Shown: positions 17,847 through 27,061 of the stretch, piece after piece | Position numbering within the stretch: position 1 is the stretch's first letter | Layout of the letters: every line of letters starts with the position of its first letter | Assembly: GCA_027490145.1 (NCBI GenBank) | Contig: JAIXYQ010000013.1 | Coordinates: 79,433-143,432, forward strand | Length of the DNA: 64,000 bases | Origin: Planctomycetaceae bacterium | Lineage (GTDB): Bacteria; Planctomycetota; Phycisphaerae; Phycisphaerales; SM1A02 | Direction of reading: 5' to 3' | The notes under the pieces: model-generated | Told to the model about the DNA's origin: nothing | Seen by the model: only the letters and a program-made list of their open reading frames with translations | Databases searched by the model: none | Made by a program: the position numbers and the translations under genes

Positions 17847-18731
17847 ATGATTCGCTCGATGACTGGCTTCGGCGTGGCCTCGGCGGACGCCGAAGGCGGC
17901 TCATTCAGCGTCGAGGTCCGCAGCGTCAACAACAAGTTCTTCAAGGCCACCATGCGCGTGCCGGACGCACTCGGCGCGCTCGAGGGTGATCTGGAAGCCC
18001 AACTCGGCAAGCGCATCTCGCGCGGCAGCGTGATGGTCACCGTGCGCGTGGCCGAGAGTGCCGCCGATCGCGTTGGTCGCATCGATGGTGCCGCACTCGA
18101 GGCGTACATGGCGCAGTTGCGATCCGTGCTGCCGACGGAGCAGGTGGCGCGACTCGATCCATCGTCACTGCTTGAACTGCCGGGCGTGGTCGTGACCGTG
18201 GGCGCGCAGGACCGCGCCGAGCGCGCCCGCGCCGTGCTGACCAAGTTGCTCGATCAGGCCTGTGACCGGTTGCTCGCGATGCGCGCCACCGAGGGCCAGG
18301 CCCTCGCCGCCACGCTCGCCGAGTTCGGCGTCACGATCCGTGCTCGTTTGGCCGAGATCGCCGAGCGGGCTCCGCAGGTCGTCCAGGCGTACCAGGAGCG
18401 TCTGCGCACGCGGATGGCCGCGCTCCTCGCCGAGGCCGGCGCATCGGTCCGCGAAGAGGACATCATCCGTGAAGTGGCGGTCTTCGCCGAGCGCAGCGAC
18501 ATCGCCGAGGAAGTGAACCGCCTCGGCGGTCACCTCGATCAGTTCGCGCGGCTCATCTCGCCGCAGCATGCCGAGCCGGCCGGCCGGACGCTCGACTTCC
18601 TGGCCCAGGAAATGCTGCGTGAGGCGAACACCATCGCGAGCAAGTCCAGCGACGTCGAGATCAGCCGCCGGATCGTCGAGATCAAGGCGTGCATCGACCG
18701 GATCAAGGAGCAGGCGCAGAATGCCGAGTGA
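17847..18731 (+). CDS. yicC: YicC-family stress-induced protein
   Basis: 294-aa ORF with the MIRSMTGFG N-terminus and a C-terminal DUF1732-like EMLREANTIASKS segment. Confidence 0.85.
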   Translation: MIRSMTGFGVASADAEGGSFSVEVRSVNNKFFKATMRVPDALGALEGDLEAQLGKRISRGSVMVTVRVAESAADRVGRIDGAALEAYMAQLRSVLPTEQVARLDPSSLLELPGVVVTVGAQDRAERARAVLTKLLDQACDRLLAMRATEGQALAATLAEFGVTIRARLAEIAERAPQVVQAYQERLRTRMAALLAEAGASVREEDIIREVAVFAERSDIAEEVNRLGGHLDQFARLISPQHAEPAGRTLDFLAQEMLREANTIASKSSDVEISRRIVEIKACIDRIKEQAQNAE

Positions 18732-19725
18732 CGCGCGGGCGTCCTTCAGCACGAGCGAGATCGTCCGGGTGCTCGAAGTCTTCGGGATCGGAGGCCTGAA
18801 GTCGCTTGCCGACCTGCCCGCGGGTTCGCGCAAGGCGGCGAAGCTCGTGGCCACGTGCGTGCACGGCAGCTACCTCCTGAAGCGCCGCGAACTGGAGGGC
18901 TCGGGCATCGAGCGCATCCGGTACGCGAGCGAGGTCCACCGTCACGCCATGCAGCAGGGCGTGCCGTGCGCCCACCTCATGACGACCGCCGATGACGAGC
19001 CGTTCCTCATCGAGGGTCCGTACATCTACGAGGTGCAGGGCTTCGTGCGGGGGCATCGCTTCACGTATCGCCACGACCAGGCCACCTCGGTTGGCGCGGC
19101 GCTCGCACGGTTGCATGACGCGCTGTCGACATTCTCCGGCGGCTGTGCAACGCCAGCCTCAAACTACTGCCGCAACGCGGCGGTCCCGGCGAATCTGCGC
19201 AAACTCGAGTCGAAGGCGATGGGTCCTGCCGAGCGGGCGGTGTGCGCGGCGCTGCTCGCGCGATACGAGCGCGCGGCGAGCCATCCCTGGCCTGAGCTCG
19301 CAGGCGTCACGCATTCCGACTACCACCCGGGCAACGTGCTGCTGGACGGCGCCCAGGTGGTGGCCATCATCGACTTCGACTCGGCGCGCGTGGCGCCGAT
19401 CGTGAGCGATCTCGCGAACGCCGCCCTGCAGTTCGGCCTACCGTCGGTCGTGGGCAGCGACCCGTCGCGCTGGGAGCCGCGTTTCAACGAGCATTGCCTG
19501 CGCGCCATCGTGCGCGGGTATCGCAGCGTGCGCAAGCCGCCCAAGGGAACCTCGGCCTCGATCGCGCCACTCATGATCCAGGCCGCGATCGCCGAGGTGG
19601 TGGCGCCGGTGGCCCGCAAGGGGGCCTTCGGTCACATCGATGGCCGCGCGATGCTGGAATTCGTGGACCGGAAGACGCATCGGATCGAGGAAGCGGCCGC
19701 CGGAATCGCTACCTTGTGCGGATGA
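18721..19725 (+). CDS. aminoglycoside phosphotransferase (APH)/choline-kinase-like family kinase
   Basis: ORF 18568..19725 trimmed to the ATG at 18721, which overlaps the yicC stop. Catalytic HSDYHPGNVLL and IIDFD motifs. Confidence 0.7.
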   Translation: MPSDARASFSTSEIVRVLEVFGIGGLKSLADLPAGSRKAAKLVATCVHGSYLLKRRELEGSGIERIRYASEVHRHAMQQGVPCAHLMTTADDEPFLIEGPYIYEVQGFVRGHRFTYRHDQATSVGAALARLHDALSTFSGGCATPASNYCRNAAVPANLRKLESKAMGPAERAVCAALLARYERAASHPWPELAGVTHSDYHPGNVLLDGAQVVAIIDFDSARVAPIVSDLANAALQFGLPSVVGSDPSRWEPRFNEHCLRAIVRGYRSVRKPPKGTSASIAPLMIQAAIAEVVAPVARKGAFGHIDGRAMLEFVDRKTHRIEEAAAGIATLCG

Positions 19726-20882
19726 TGATCGAGGTCCTGGTCCTTGCCCTCTGCTGCACCGCAGCGACGCAGGACGCGGCCAAGCCGCTGCCCGGCGATG
19801 ACTTCGGCCGCCGGCAGGGGGTCATCGACGAGCGCGCCCGCGAGGAAGCGCGCGAACTCGAGCGCGATGCCCAGGTGCTCCGCGCGCTCGCAAAGGCCCA
19901 GGCCATGCGCGAGGGCGGGATGGTGCTCGGCCCCGGCGTGCGCATGAGGGATGACGTGAACTTGTCGCTTGCCCGAGCCACGGTCGGTCGCGATGCCCCG
20001 CGTGCCGCCGAGGTGCCGGCCGGACTTCGAGCCATCGTGCAGAGGATGGATGACCCGTCGTGGTCCGTGCGCGAGTCGGCGTCGAAGGAGGCGTCGTCCG
20101 GTGCATGGACCATGCAGGAACTCCGCAAGGCACTCGATGGCCCGTCACTCTCGCTCGAGCAGCGATCGCGGCTCGAGGAGGCGCTGTGGCTGACGTGGGA
20201 TGCAAAGCCGCGCGGTGCCATCGGGATCACGATGGGGCAGGGGATCGGAGGCGTGCTCGTGACCCAGGTGCACGAGGGCTTCCCGGCTTCGCGCGTGCTG
20301 CGCGTGGGTGACGTCATCGTGGCGATCGATGGCGTGCCGACGCCCGGCAACGACGGGCTGGTCGCGGTCGTGCAGCAGCGCGGACCGGGTGACCGGCTGC
20401 GGCTGTCGGTGGTCCGCGGTGGCCCCGGCGCGGCACCTGCCGTGGTGGCGCAACAGCCCGCGCAGGCCGAGCGGATCGAACTCGAGGTTGAACTCGGCGA
20501 TTTCGCCGCGCTCGAGCGGACGAACCCAGGCACATCGATGCGGTCGGCGGGTCGACGGAGTGCCTTCGAGACGGTCATGTGCGAGGAGCGCGAGGGTTCA
20601 TCGCCGCTGATGCCCGTTGAACCGGGGTTGCCGCCGGGCTTCGTGGGCAACACGGTCGTGGCCGGCGCGCGTCAGCCTGCGGGAACCAGCGTGAATCCGA
20701 AGATGGCGATCAACCAGCTCCGCAACACCCTCGAGGCCACCACCGACGAGAAGGTCCGTGCGCTGCTGGAAGCGCAGATCGCGCAGCTGGAGCAGGTGCT
20801 CCGTGATGGGCAGCGCCAAGGAGGCTTCGGTTCGCAGCCGAAGCAGCCCAGGCAGCCGCCGGTCGCGCCGAAGCCCGACTGA
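19722..20882 (+). CDS. secreted PDZ-domain protein
   Basis: ORF 19494..20882 trimmed to MMIEVLVLALCC (ATG 19722, overlapping the upstream stop). GAIGITMGQ..GVLVTQVHEGFPASRVLRVGDVIVAIDG is PDZ-like. Confidence 0.65.
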   Translation: MMIEVLVLALCCTAATQDAAKPLPGDDFGRRQGVIDERAREEARELERDAQVLRALAKAQAMREGGMVLGPGVRMRDDVNLSLARATVGRDAPRAAEVPAGLRAIVQRMDDPSWSVRESASKEASSGAWTMQELRKALDGPSLSLEQRSRLEEALWLTWDAKPRGAIGITMGQGIGGVLVTQVHEGFPASRVLRVGDVIVAIDGVPTPGNDGLVAVVQQRGPGDRLRLSVVRGGPGAAPAVVAQQPAQAERIELEVELGDFAALERTNPGTSMRSAGRRSAFETVMCEEREGSSPLMPVEPGLPPGFVGNTVVAGARQPAGTSVNPKMAINQLRNTLEATTDEKVRALLEAQIAQLEQVLRDGQRQGGFGSQPKQPRQPPVAPKPD

Positions 20883-20929
20883 ACGGACGCAACGAGCGTG
20901 GTTCGCCACGCCCGGGGTGCGTGGAGCGG

Positions 20930-21571
20930 TCAGACTGCGCCGAGCGGGTTCTTGAAGTGCGCGTCCTGCACGGGCACCACGACTTCAAGCACCTTCTGGA
21001 GCACGTTGGCGGGTGAGCCGATCGCATCGACCTCGCGGATGATCGACTCGGGGTAACAGGCCAGCACGGGACGGGTCTCGCGTTCGTAGACCTCGAAGCG
21101 CCGGCGGATGACCTTCTCGTCGGCATCGTCGATGCGGTTCTCCTTCAGCGCGCGGCGGCGCATGCGGGCCACCATCTTGTCGACGTCGCGGCAGACGAGG
21201 TGGATCACGTGGAGCACGTTGATGTACTGCTCCATCTCCTTCGCCTGGGTCACGTTGCGCGGGATGCCATCGAGCACGAGCAGGTCCTCGTGCGGCTTGT
21301 ACAGGCTCAGCACGGTCTGGGCATGGATGTTCTGCCGCCACATCTCGATCGTGAGGTGATCAGGCACGAGTTCGCCGCGGCTGGAGAACTGCACGAACTG
21401 CCTGCCGAGGTCGCTCGTCATGTCGAGCGCCCGGAACACGTCGCCGCAGGCCTGGTGGAAGAAGCCCGGGATCTGTCCGAGGATCTTGCCTTGCGTACCC
21501 TTGCCGGCGCCGGGGGCGCCGAAGAGCAGGATCGTCTTGTAGCGGTGGGGCATGGGCGGGATCGTAGCCAT
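20930..21571 (-). CDS. adk: adenylate kinase family nucleoside-monophosphate kinase
   Basis: ORF 20930..22825 trimmed to the ATG at 21571. P-loop LLFGAPGAGKGTQ and LVLDGIPR. The upstream part of the ORF is antisense to recJ. Confidence 0.8.
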   Translation of the reverse strand: MATIPPMPHRYKTILLFGAPGAGKGTQGKILGQIPGFFHQACGDVFRALDMTSDLGRQFVQFSSRGELVPDHLTIEMWRQNIHAQTVLSLYKPHEDLLVLDGIPRNVTQAKEMEQYINVLHVIHLVCRDVDKMVARMRRRALKENRIDDADEKVIRRRFEVYERETRPVLACYPESIIREVDAIGSPANVLQKVLEVVVPVQDAHFKNPLGAV

Positions 21572-21619
21572 GGTGGAGCCCCGACTGGTCACGGATCTCG
21601 GTCCCGCTCGTTGGCCCGA

Positions 21620-21625
21620 TAGGCT
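21620..21625 (+). promoter_or_regulatory. -10-like TAGGCT, exactly 6 nt upstream of the recJ ATG
   Basis: TAGGCT catgcc ATG. Confidence 0.4.
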
Positions 21626-21631
21626 CATGCC

Positions 21632-23383
21632 ATGACGTTGACCAGCTCCACGACCTCCGGGATGAGCGGACTCCGATCCGCCTGGGCCATGCGTGGAGCC
21701 GTGGCCTCCGGCGGCACGCTCGCGCAGCGGCTCCTGGCGGCTCGGGGGATCAGCGGCGCTGAACAGGCGCGCTACCTCAAGGCGGGGTTGGCCGACCTTC
21801 GGCCTGCGCGCGAACTCCCCGGGGCGACCGATGCCGCCGGCCTGATCCTTGGCCATGTTCGCGCGGCCCGCACGATCGTGGTGCTCGGTGACTACGACGT
21901 CGATGGCACCGCTGCGGCGGCCACCCTCCGGCATGCCGTGCGGGCGATCGCTCCCGGGGTCGACCCGATCATCGAGATCCCCCATCGTGTGGATGGTTAC
22001 GGCCTGACCGACGATGCGGTCGCGCGCGTGCTGGCGCATCGACCGGCGTTGGTCGTCGCGGTGGACTGCGGGATCACGGCGGTGGCGCAGGTTGCCGCCC
22101 TGCGCGCCGCGGGGGCGGATGTGGCCATCATCGACCACCATGCGCTCCGCGCCGATGGGCTGCTGCCGCCCGCAACGGTCATCGTGCATCCGCAACGCCC
22201 GGATGGCGACTACGGCAACCCGGATCTCTGCGCGTGCGCCGTGACCTGGAAGGTCTGCTGCGAGCTGATGCGGCTGCATGCGGGCGAGAGCATGAACGGG
22301 GAACTGCGCAGGCAGCTGGCGCAGTTGCTGCCCTTGGCGGCGATCGCCAGCGTGGCGGATGTCATCCCGATCCACGGTGAAACGCGCATCATCATCCGCC
22401 AAGGGCTCGAGTGGTTCCGTTCCACCGACCTGCCTGGGCTCCGCGTGATCGCCGAACGCATCGCTGACGTGGGCAAGGTGAACAGCCAGGGTGTGGCCTT
22501 CGGGATCGCGCCCGTGCTCAACGCCGCCGGTCGCATGGGGCATGCGGGCGTCTGCGCCGAATTGCTGGGCCTGTCGGCCGGCGAACCGGGCGCTCGGGAG
22601 CGCGCCGCCTCGATCATCGATGAACTCAGGAAGCTCAACGTCGAACGCAGGGAGGTGCAGGAGCGCGTGGCCGAGCAGGTGCTGGCGTTGATCGATCGCG
22701 AAGGCCTCGACGGGGGTGATCCGACCGCCGTGGTGCTGGCCAGCGCCGAGTGGCCGCACGCGCTCGTGGGCATCGTCGCGGCCAAGGTCATCGAGCGCAC
22801 CGGGTGGCCGGCCTTCCTCGGACACGTGCAGTCGGACGGCCGCGTCAAGTGCAGCGGTCGATCCGTGCCTGGCTGGGACATCGGTGCGGCGATCGGTCGA
22901 TGCAGCGAGTGGCTGGAGTCAGGCGGTGGTCACCCGATGGCCGCCGGCGCGACGGTTCGCCCGGGGGCGTTCGAGGCGTTCGCTGCAGCCCTGCGCGCCG
23001 ATGCATCCGCGTCGTTGGCCGGGCGGTCGCTTCGGGCCTCGCTGCAGTGGGATGCCCCGGCAGCGATCGGTGAGATCGACTGCGCGGCCATCGATGCGCT
23101 GCAGGCGTGCGGCCCGTTCGGCAATGCCAATCCCACCCCGGCCTTCGTGTTCGAGGGGTGCAGGCTCGCAACCGATGCGAGCCACTTCAAGCTGGGAAGC
23201 CCGCACATCAAGTTCGACGTCGCGCAGGACGGTGCGCGCATCGGTGCCGTCTGGTTCGGTGCCGGCGAGCTGACGAGTCGACTGCGGCGCGGCGTGCCCT
23301 GCACGGTGCTTGCTGAACCTGGCATCGACACCTGGCGTGGCCGGGTGCCGCAGCTGGTGGTCCGCGACATCAGCCTGGGCTGA
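21632..23383 (+). CDS. recJ: single-stranded-DNA-specific exonuclease RecJ
   Basis: 583-aa ORF with the DHH-family motifs GDYDVDGT, VDCG and IIDHH, and a DHHA1-like GGGHPMAAG. Confidence 0.88.
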   Translation: MTLTSSTTSGMSGLRSAWAMRGAVASGGTLAQRLLAARGISGAEQARYLKAGLADLRPARELPGATDAAGLILGHVRAARTIVVLGDYDVDGTAAAATLRHAVRAIAPGVDPIIEIPHRVDGYGLTDDAVARVLAHRPALVVAVDCGITAVAQVAALRAAGADVAIIDHHALRADGLLPPATVIVHPQRPDGDYGNPDLCACAVTWKVCCELMRLHAGESMNGELRRQLAQLLPLAAIASVADVIPIHGETRIIIRQGLEWFRSTDLPGLRVIAERIADVGKVNSQGVAFGIAPVLNAAGRMGHAGVCAELLGLSAGEPGARERAASIIDELRKLNVERREVQERVAEQVLALIDREGLDGGDPTAVVLASAEWPHALVGIVAAKVIERTGWPAFLGHVQSDGRVKCSGRSVPGWDIGAAIGRCSEWLESGGGHPMAAGATVRPGAFEAFAAALRADASASLAGRSLRASLQWDAPAAIGEIDCAAIDALQACGPFGNANPTPAFVFEGCRLATDASHFKLGSPHIKFDVAQDGARIGAVWFGAGELTSRLRRGVPCTVLAEPGIDTWRGRVPQLVVRDISLG

Positions 23384-24794
23384 GTGGATGCACGGCACAC
23401 GCCGCGCCTCGCTCGACGGCGCGCGGAGCAAGGCCCGTGCACTCCGCCTCGCATGACGCGGACAGCGGTGACAGCTCGATCGTGCAGTCGGGGGCGCCGT
23501 CGACGGTGCGCGGGATCGACCAGCCGGCAGCCTCGAGCCATCGTGCCGCGCGCGCGGACTGCGCCGCCATGCTCGTCGCCGGGCTGTCGTCGCCGTCGGC
23601 GTTCTTGATCGGGGCGAACTCCTCGGCGCGATCGGTCTCGACGACCAGGCTCGATTGAGCCATCGGGATCGCATCGAAGACGAAGGTCTCCATCTTGATC
23701 GCGTTGGGCGTGGCGGGTTCCACGCGCCTGCCGTCGTCGCCGATGAAGGGGACCTTCTTGCGTGCCTTGTGCAGCGGCAGCGCCAGACCGTGGTCGGTGA
23801 GCCGCTCGACGAACGCACGCGACAGCATGTGGATGGCGATGCTGCCGGCATCGAACCGCAGGCGGCCCGCGCCGTCGCGCTCGGCGGCGAGCGAGGCAGG
23901 CAGGTCGCTGTACTCGACCACCATCGTGCGACCGGCCGAGGCGCAGAAGACCCCGACCTTCTCGGCGGCATCGCGCTTGGCAACCATCTTGCTCGTCATC
24001 TCGCCGCTCGAGCCGGGGTGGGCGGCGTGCACGCCGATGAAGCGCGGATCGACCGCATGCACGAGCGGGTTGTCGACCTGGAAGTAGCTGATGTGCTCGA
24101 TGCCGTGGGCGCGCATGTCATCGAGCGCTCCGGCGTGGCGCAGCGCGCGCAGCGAACCGCCGTGGCCATCGGGATTCACGGCGATCTCGTCGGGTTCGGC
24201 CAGCAGCAGCTTGCCGTCCATGGTCAGCGAGGGCAGCGTGCCCTGGGGGAAGAACATCACGGTGTCCGCGCCCAGGCCGAAATGACCGTGCTCCGCGAAG
24301 AACGCGCGCGTCGGCGCATCGTTCATGGGGCTCGTCATGATGTACCAGCGGATCATGGCGCCGTAGCGCCGCCGCGCGGCGTGGATCTGTTCGGCGAAGA
24401 CCCGGAAGAGTGGCGCACGCAGGATCGGTGTTGCGGGGAAGGTGCCCTTGGGGGCATCCCAGCCAAGGCGCGTGCCCTGGCCGCCGGCCACCATGAAGCA
24501 CGCAACCTTGCCCGCGCGCAGTAGGGCCTCGCCATGCGCCGTCCACGCCGCATCGTCCGGCGAACGGCGGACGATCGTGGCCGGCGCGAGATCGGCAGGC
24601 AGCACGAAGCCGCCGTCGTCGTGGAGCGCGGCCGCGAGGGTGCCGACCTGCTCGAGCGACAGGGCGTCGACCTGGTCGAGCAGCCGATCGAGCCGCACCG
24701 GGTCAAGGCCCTCGGCGTGACGCAGCACGTGCTCCTGCCCATGGCCGGCGAGCCGCTCGCGGGCCCGTTCCAATCGCGACTGGAGCGTGATCAT
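23370..24794 (-). CDS. UDPGP-family UDP-sugar pyrophosphorylase (UAP1-like UDP-N-acetylhexosamine pyrophosphorylase)
   Basis: 474-aa ORF with [18 protein letters not shown] and YFQVDNPL, typical of the eukaryote-type UDPGP family rather than GlmU. Confidence 0.75.
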   Translation of the reverse strand: MITLQSRLERARERLAGHGQEHVLRHAEGLDPVRLDRLLDQVDALSLEQVGTLAAALHDDGGFVLPADLAPATIVRRSPDDAAWTAHGEALLRAGKVACFMVAGGQGTRLGWDAPKGTFPATPILRAPLFRVFAEQIHAARRRYGAMIRWYIMTSPMNDAPTRAFFAEHGHFGLGADTVMFFPQGTLPSLTMDGKLLLAEPDEIAVNPDGHGGSLRALRHAGALDDMRAHGIEHISYFQVDNPLVHAVDPRFIGVHAAHPGSSGEMTSKMVAKRDAAEKVGVFCASAGRTMVVEYSDLPASLAAERDGAGRLRFDAGSIAIHMLSRAFVERLTDHGLALPLHKARKKVPFIGDDGRRVEPATPNAIKMETFVFDAIPMAQSSLVVETDRAEEFAPIKNADGDDSPATSMAAQSARAARWLEAAGWSIPRTVDGAPDCTIELSPLSASCEAECTGLAPRAVERGAACAVHPLSPG

Positions 24795-25468
24795 GGCTGC
24801 GGGCGCTCGGGCTCGGACCAGCCTTCAGGGCGGTGACGGACGATCTTGCCGGTCTCCACGTAGATCACCTGCTCGCAGATGTTCGTGCAGTGGTCGGCGA
24901 TGCGCTCGACGCTGCGGGTCACGCTGGTGAGCTGGAAGGCGAAGCGGACGCTGAACTGCCCCAGCGCGACCTGCTCCTGCGCATGCAGAAGGATCTCGTT
25001 CTTGAAGCGGTCGACCGTGTCGTCGAAGAGCAGCACCTGCCGGGCGAGGTCGGGATTGCCCGTCACGAGGGCGCGGTTGGCGTCGCGCAGCATGCCCAGC
25101 ACGCTGTTGGCCATCACGCGGAAGGTGGGGGGGATCCGCTCGTCCATGCGCGCCTGGCCGGCGACCTGCTCGGCGATGTTCACCGCGCAGTCGGCGATGC
25201 GCTCGAGTTCATTGTTGACCTTGACGATCGTGAGCACGCTGCGCACCTGGTACTCGTCGGGATTGCCCATCTGCAGCAGCGGGATGCTCGCGCGCTCGAT
25301 CTCGACGTCGGCCTTGTCGATCGCGTCGTCGGCGGCGATCACCGCGCTCGCCTTGGCCTGGTCGTGCTCGAAGTAGCACTCGGTGGCGAGCGAGCAGCAC
25401 CCCAGGACGCGCTCGCCCTGGGCGGTGATGTCGGAACGGAGCTGCTCAAGGCGTGCGGCGAAGGCCAT
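24791..25468 (-). CDS. phoU: PhoU-family phosphate signalling regulator
   Basis: ORF 24791..25555 trimmed to [10 protein letters not shown] (ATG 25468). Two PhoU repeats are visible ([12 protein letters not shown] and [11 protein letters not shown]; [13 protein letters not shown] and [13 protein letters not shown]). Confidence 0.85.
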   Translation of the reverse strand: MAFAARLEQLRSDITAQGERVLGCCSLATECYFEHDQAKASAVIAADDAIDKADVEIERASIPLLQMGNPDEYQVRSVLTIVKVNNELERIADCAVNIAEQVAGQARMDERIPPTFRVMANSVLGMLRDANRALVTGNPDLARQVLLFDDTVDRFKNEILLHAQEQVALGQFSVRFAFQLTSVTRSVERIADHCTNICEQVIYVETGKIVRHRPEGWSEPERPQP

Positions 25469-25474
25469 GGTCGG

Positions 25475-25480
25475 AGGATA
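25475..25480 (-). promoter_or_regulatory. -10-like TATCCT, exactly 6 nt upstream of the phoU ATG
   Basis: Minus strand reads TATCCT ccgacc ATG. Confidence 0.35.
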
Positions 25481-25503
25481 CCCGCGCGTCGGGGGCGGGC
25501 CGA

Positions 25504-26115
25504 TCACGCGGGGCGTGCCAGCCGCTGCGCGAGCGCGAGGACCGAGGCCACGCACGATTCGACCGAAGCGGCGTCGGTGGCCAGGCGAAGGTCGGGTGCT
25601 TCCGGCACCTCGTACGGATCGCTCACGCCCGTGAAGCGTTCGAGTTCACCCGCGCGTGCACGCTTGTACAGGCCCTTCGGATCGCGGGCTTCGGCGACGG
25701 CGAGCGGCGCGTCGACGTGGACGACCGCGAAGGCGATCCCGCTGGCGTCGTGGCGACGCCGCACGCGCGCCCGATCGGCCTCGTACGGACTCACCAGGCT
25801 CACGATCGCGATGGAACCCGATGCGGCCACCAGCAGGGCGGCCTCGCCCGCGCGGCGGACGGCCTCGGCGCGGCCCGCCTCGTCGAATCCGAGTCCCGCG
25901 CTGAGCCCATGCCGGAGGTTGTCGCCATCGAGCACCAACGCGGGAAGGCCTGCGGCGAGCAGCGCCCGCTCGGCGGCGAGCGCGATCGTGCTCTTGCCGG
26001 AACCGCTCAGGCCGGTCATCCAGATCGTGCAGCCCGCACGGCCGAGCGCCGCAGTGCGCTGGGCCGGCGTTGCCGAGCCATGCTGCCAGACGACGTTGGG
26101 CGAGGCGCCATCCAT
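25504..26115 (-). CDS. cysC: adenylyl-sulfate (APS) kinase, canonical stand-alone form
   Basis: ORF 25504..26634 trimmed to the ATG at 26115. Motifs [24 protein letters not shown] and VSLVSPY. Confidence 0.88.
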   Translation of the reverse strand: MDGASPNVVWQHGSATPAQRTAALGRAGCTIWMTGLSGSGKSTIALAAERALLAAGLPALVLDGDNLRHGLSAGLGFDEAGRAEAVRRAGEAALLVAASGSIAIVSLVSPYEADRARVRRRHDASGIAFAVVHVDAPLAVAEARDPKGLYKRARAGELERFTGVSDPYEVPEAPDLRLATDAASVESCVASVLALAQRLARPA

Positions 26116-26155
26116 CCGTGCGCGGACGCTAGCACATCGTCTAGGCTTCGGTCGC

Positions 26156-27061
26156 ATGGCGCATGGCCTGACCCATCTCGAGGAGCTCGAAGCCGAGGCG
26201 ATCCACATCCTTCGGGAGACCGCGGCGAGCTTCGAACGCCCGGTCCTGATGTACTCCATCGGCAAGGACTCGACCGTGCTGCTCGAGCTGGCGCTGAAGG
26301 CCTTCGCGCCGGGGCGCCTGCCGTTCCCGGTGCTCCACATCGACACGACCTGGAAGTTCCGCGAGATGATCGCGTTCCGTGACGCGACGGCCGCGCGGCT
26401 GGGGCTGGACCTGCGTGTGCACACCAACCGGGAGGGGCTGGCCCAGGGCATCTCGCCGATCACCCACGGCAGCAAGGTGCACACCGACGTCATGAAGACG
26501 GTGGCGCTGCGCCAGGCGCTCTCCGCGGGGCGGTACGACGCAGCCATCGGCGGTGCCCGGCGCGACGAGGAAAAGAGCCGTGCCAAGGAGCGCATCTTCT
26601 CCTTCCGCGATGCGAACCATCGCTGGGATCCCAAGGGCCAGCGCCCGGAATTCTGGTCGCTCTACAACCCGCGCGTCCATCCGGGCGAGAGCATGCGCGT
26701 GTTCCCGCTGTCCAACTGGACCGAACTCGATGTCTGGCTCTACATCTGGAAGCTCGGCCTGCCGGTCGTCGATCTGTACCTGGCGCGGGAGCGTCCGGTC
26801 GTCGAGCGCAACGGCACGTTGATCATGGTCGATGACGATCGACTGCCCCTCAAGCCCGGCGAGCGCATCGAGCGGCGGCGCGTGCGGTTCCGGACCCTGG
26901 GGTGCTACCCGCTCTCCGGCGCGATCGAGAGCGATGCCGACACGCTGGAGAAGGTGATCGAGGAGATGCTGCTCGCCCGCACGAGCGAGCGTCAGGGGCG
27001 CCTGATCGACCACGACCAGTCGGGCAGCATGGAAGAGAAGAAGCGCGAGGGGTACTTCTGA
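26156..27061 (+). CDS. cysD: sulfate adenylyltransferase subunit 2
   Basis: ORF 24833..27061 trimmed to [21 protein letters not shown] (ATG 26156). [12 protein letters not shown]-loop and a C-terminal EEKKREGYF. Confidence 0.92.
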   Translation: MAHGLTHLEELEAEAIHILRETAASFERPVLMYSIGKDSTVLLELALKAFAPGRLPFPVLHIDTTWKFREMIAFRDATAARLGLDLRVHTNREGLAQGISPITHGSKVHTDVMKTVALRQALSAGRYDAAIGGARRDEEKSRAKERIFSFRDANHRWDPKGQRPEFWSLYNPRVHPGESMRVFPLSNWTELDVWLYIWKLGLPVVDLYLARERPVVERNGTLIMVDDDRLPLKPGERIERRRVRFRTLGCYPLSGAIESDADTLEKVIEEMLLARTSERQGRLIDHDQSGSMEEKKREGYF

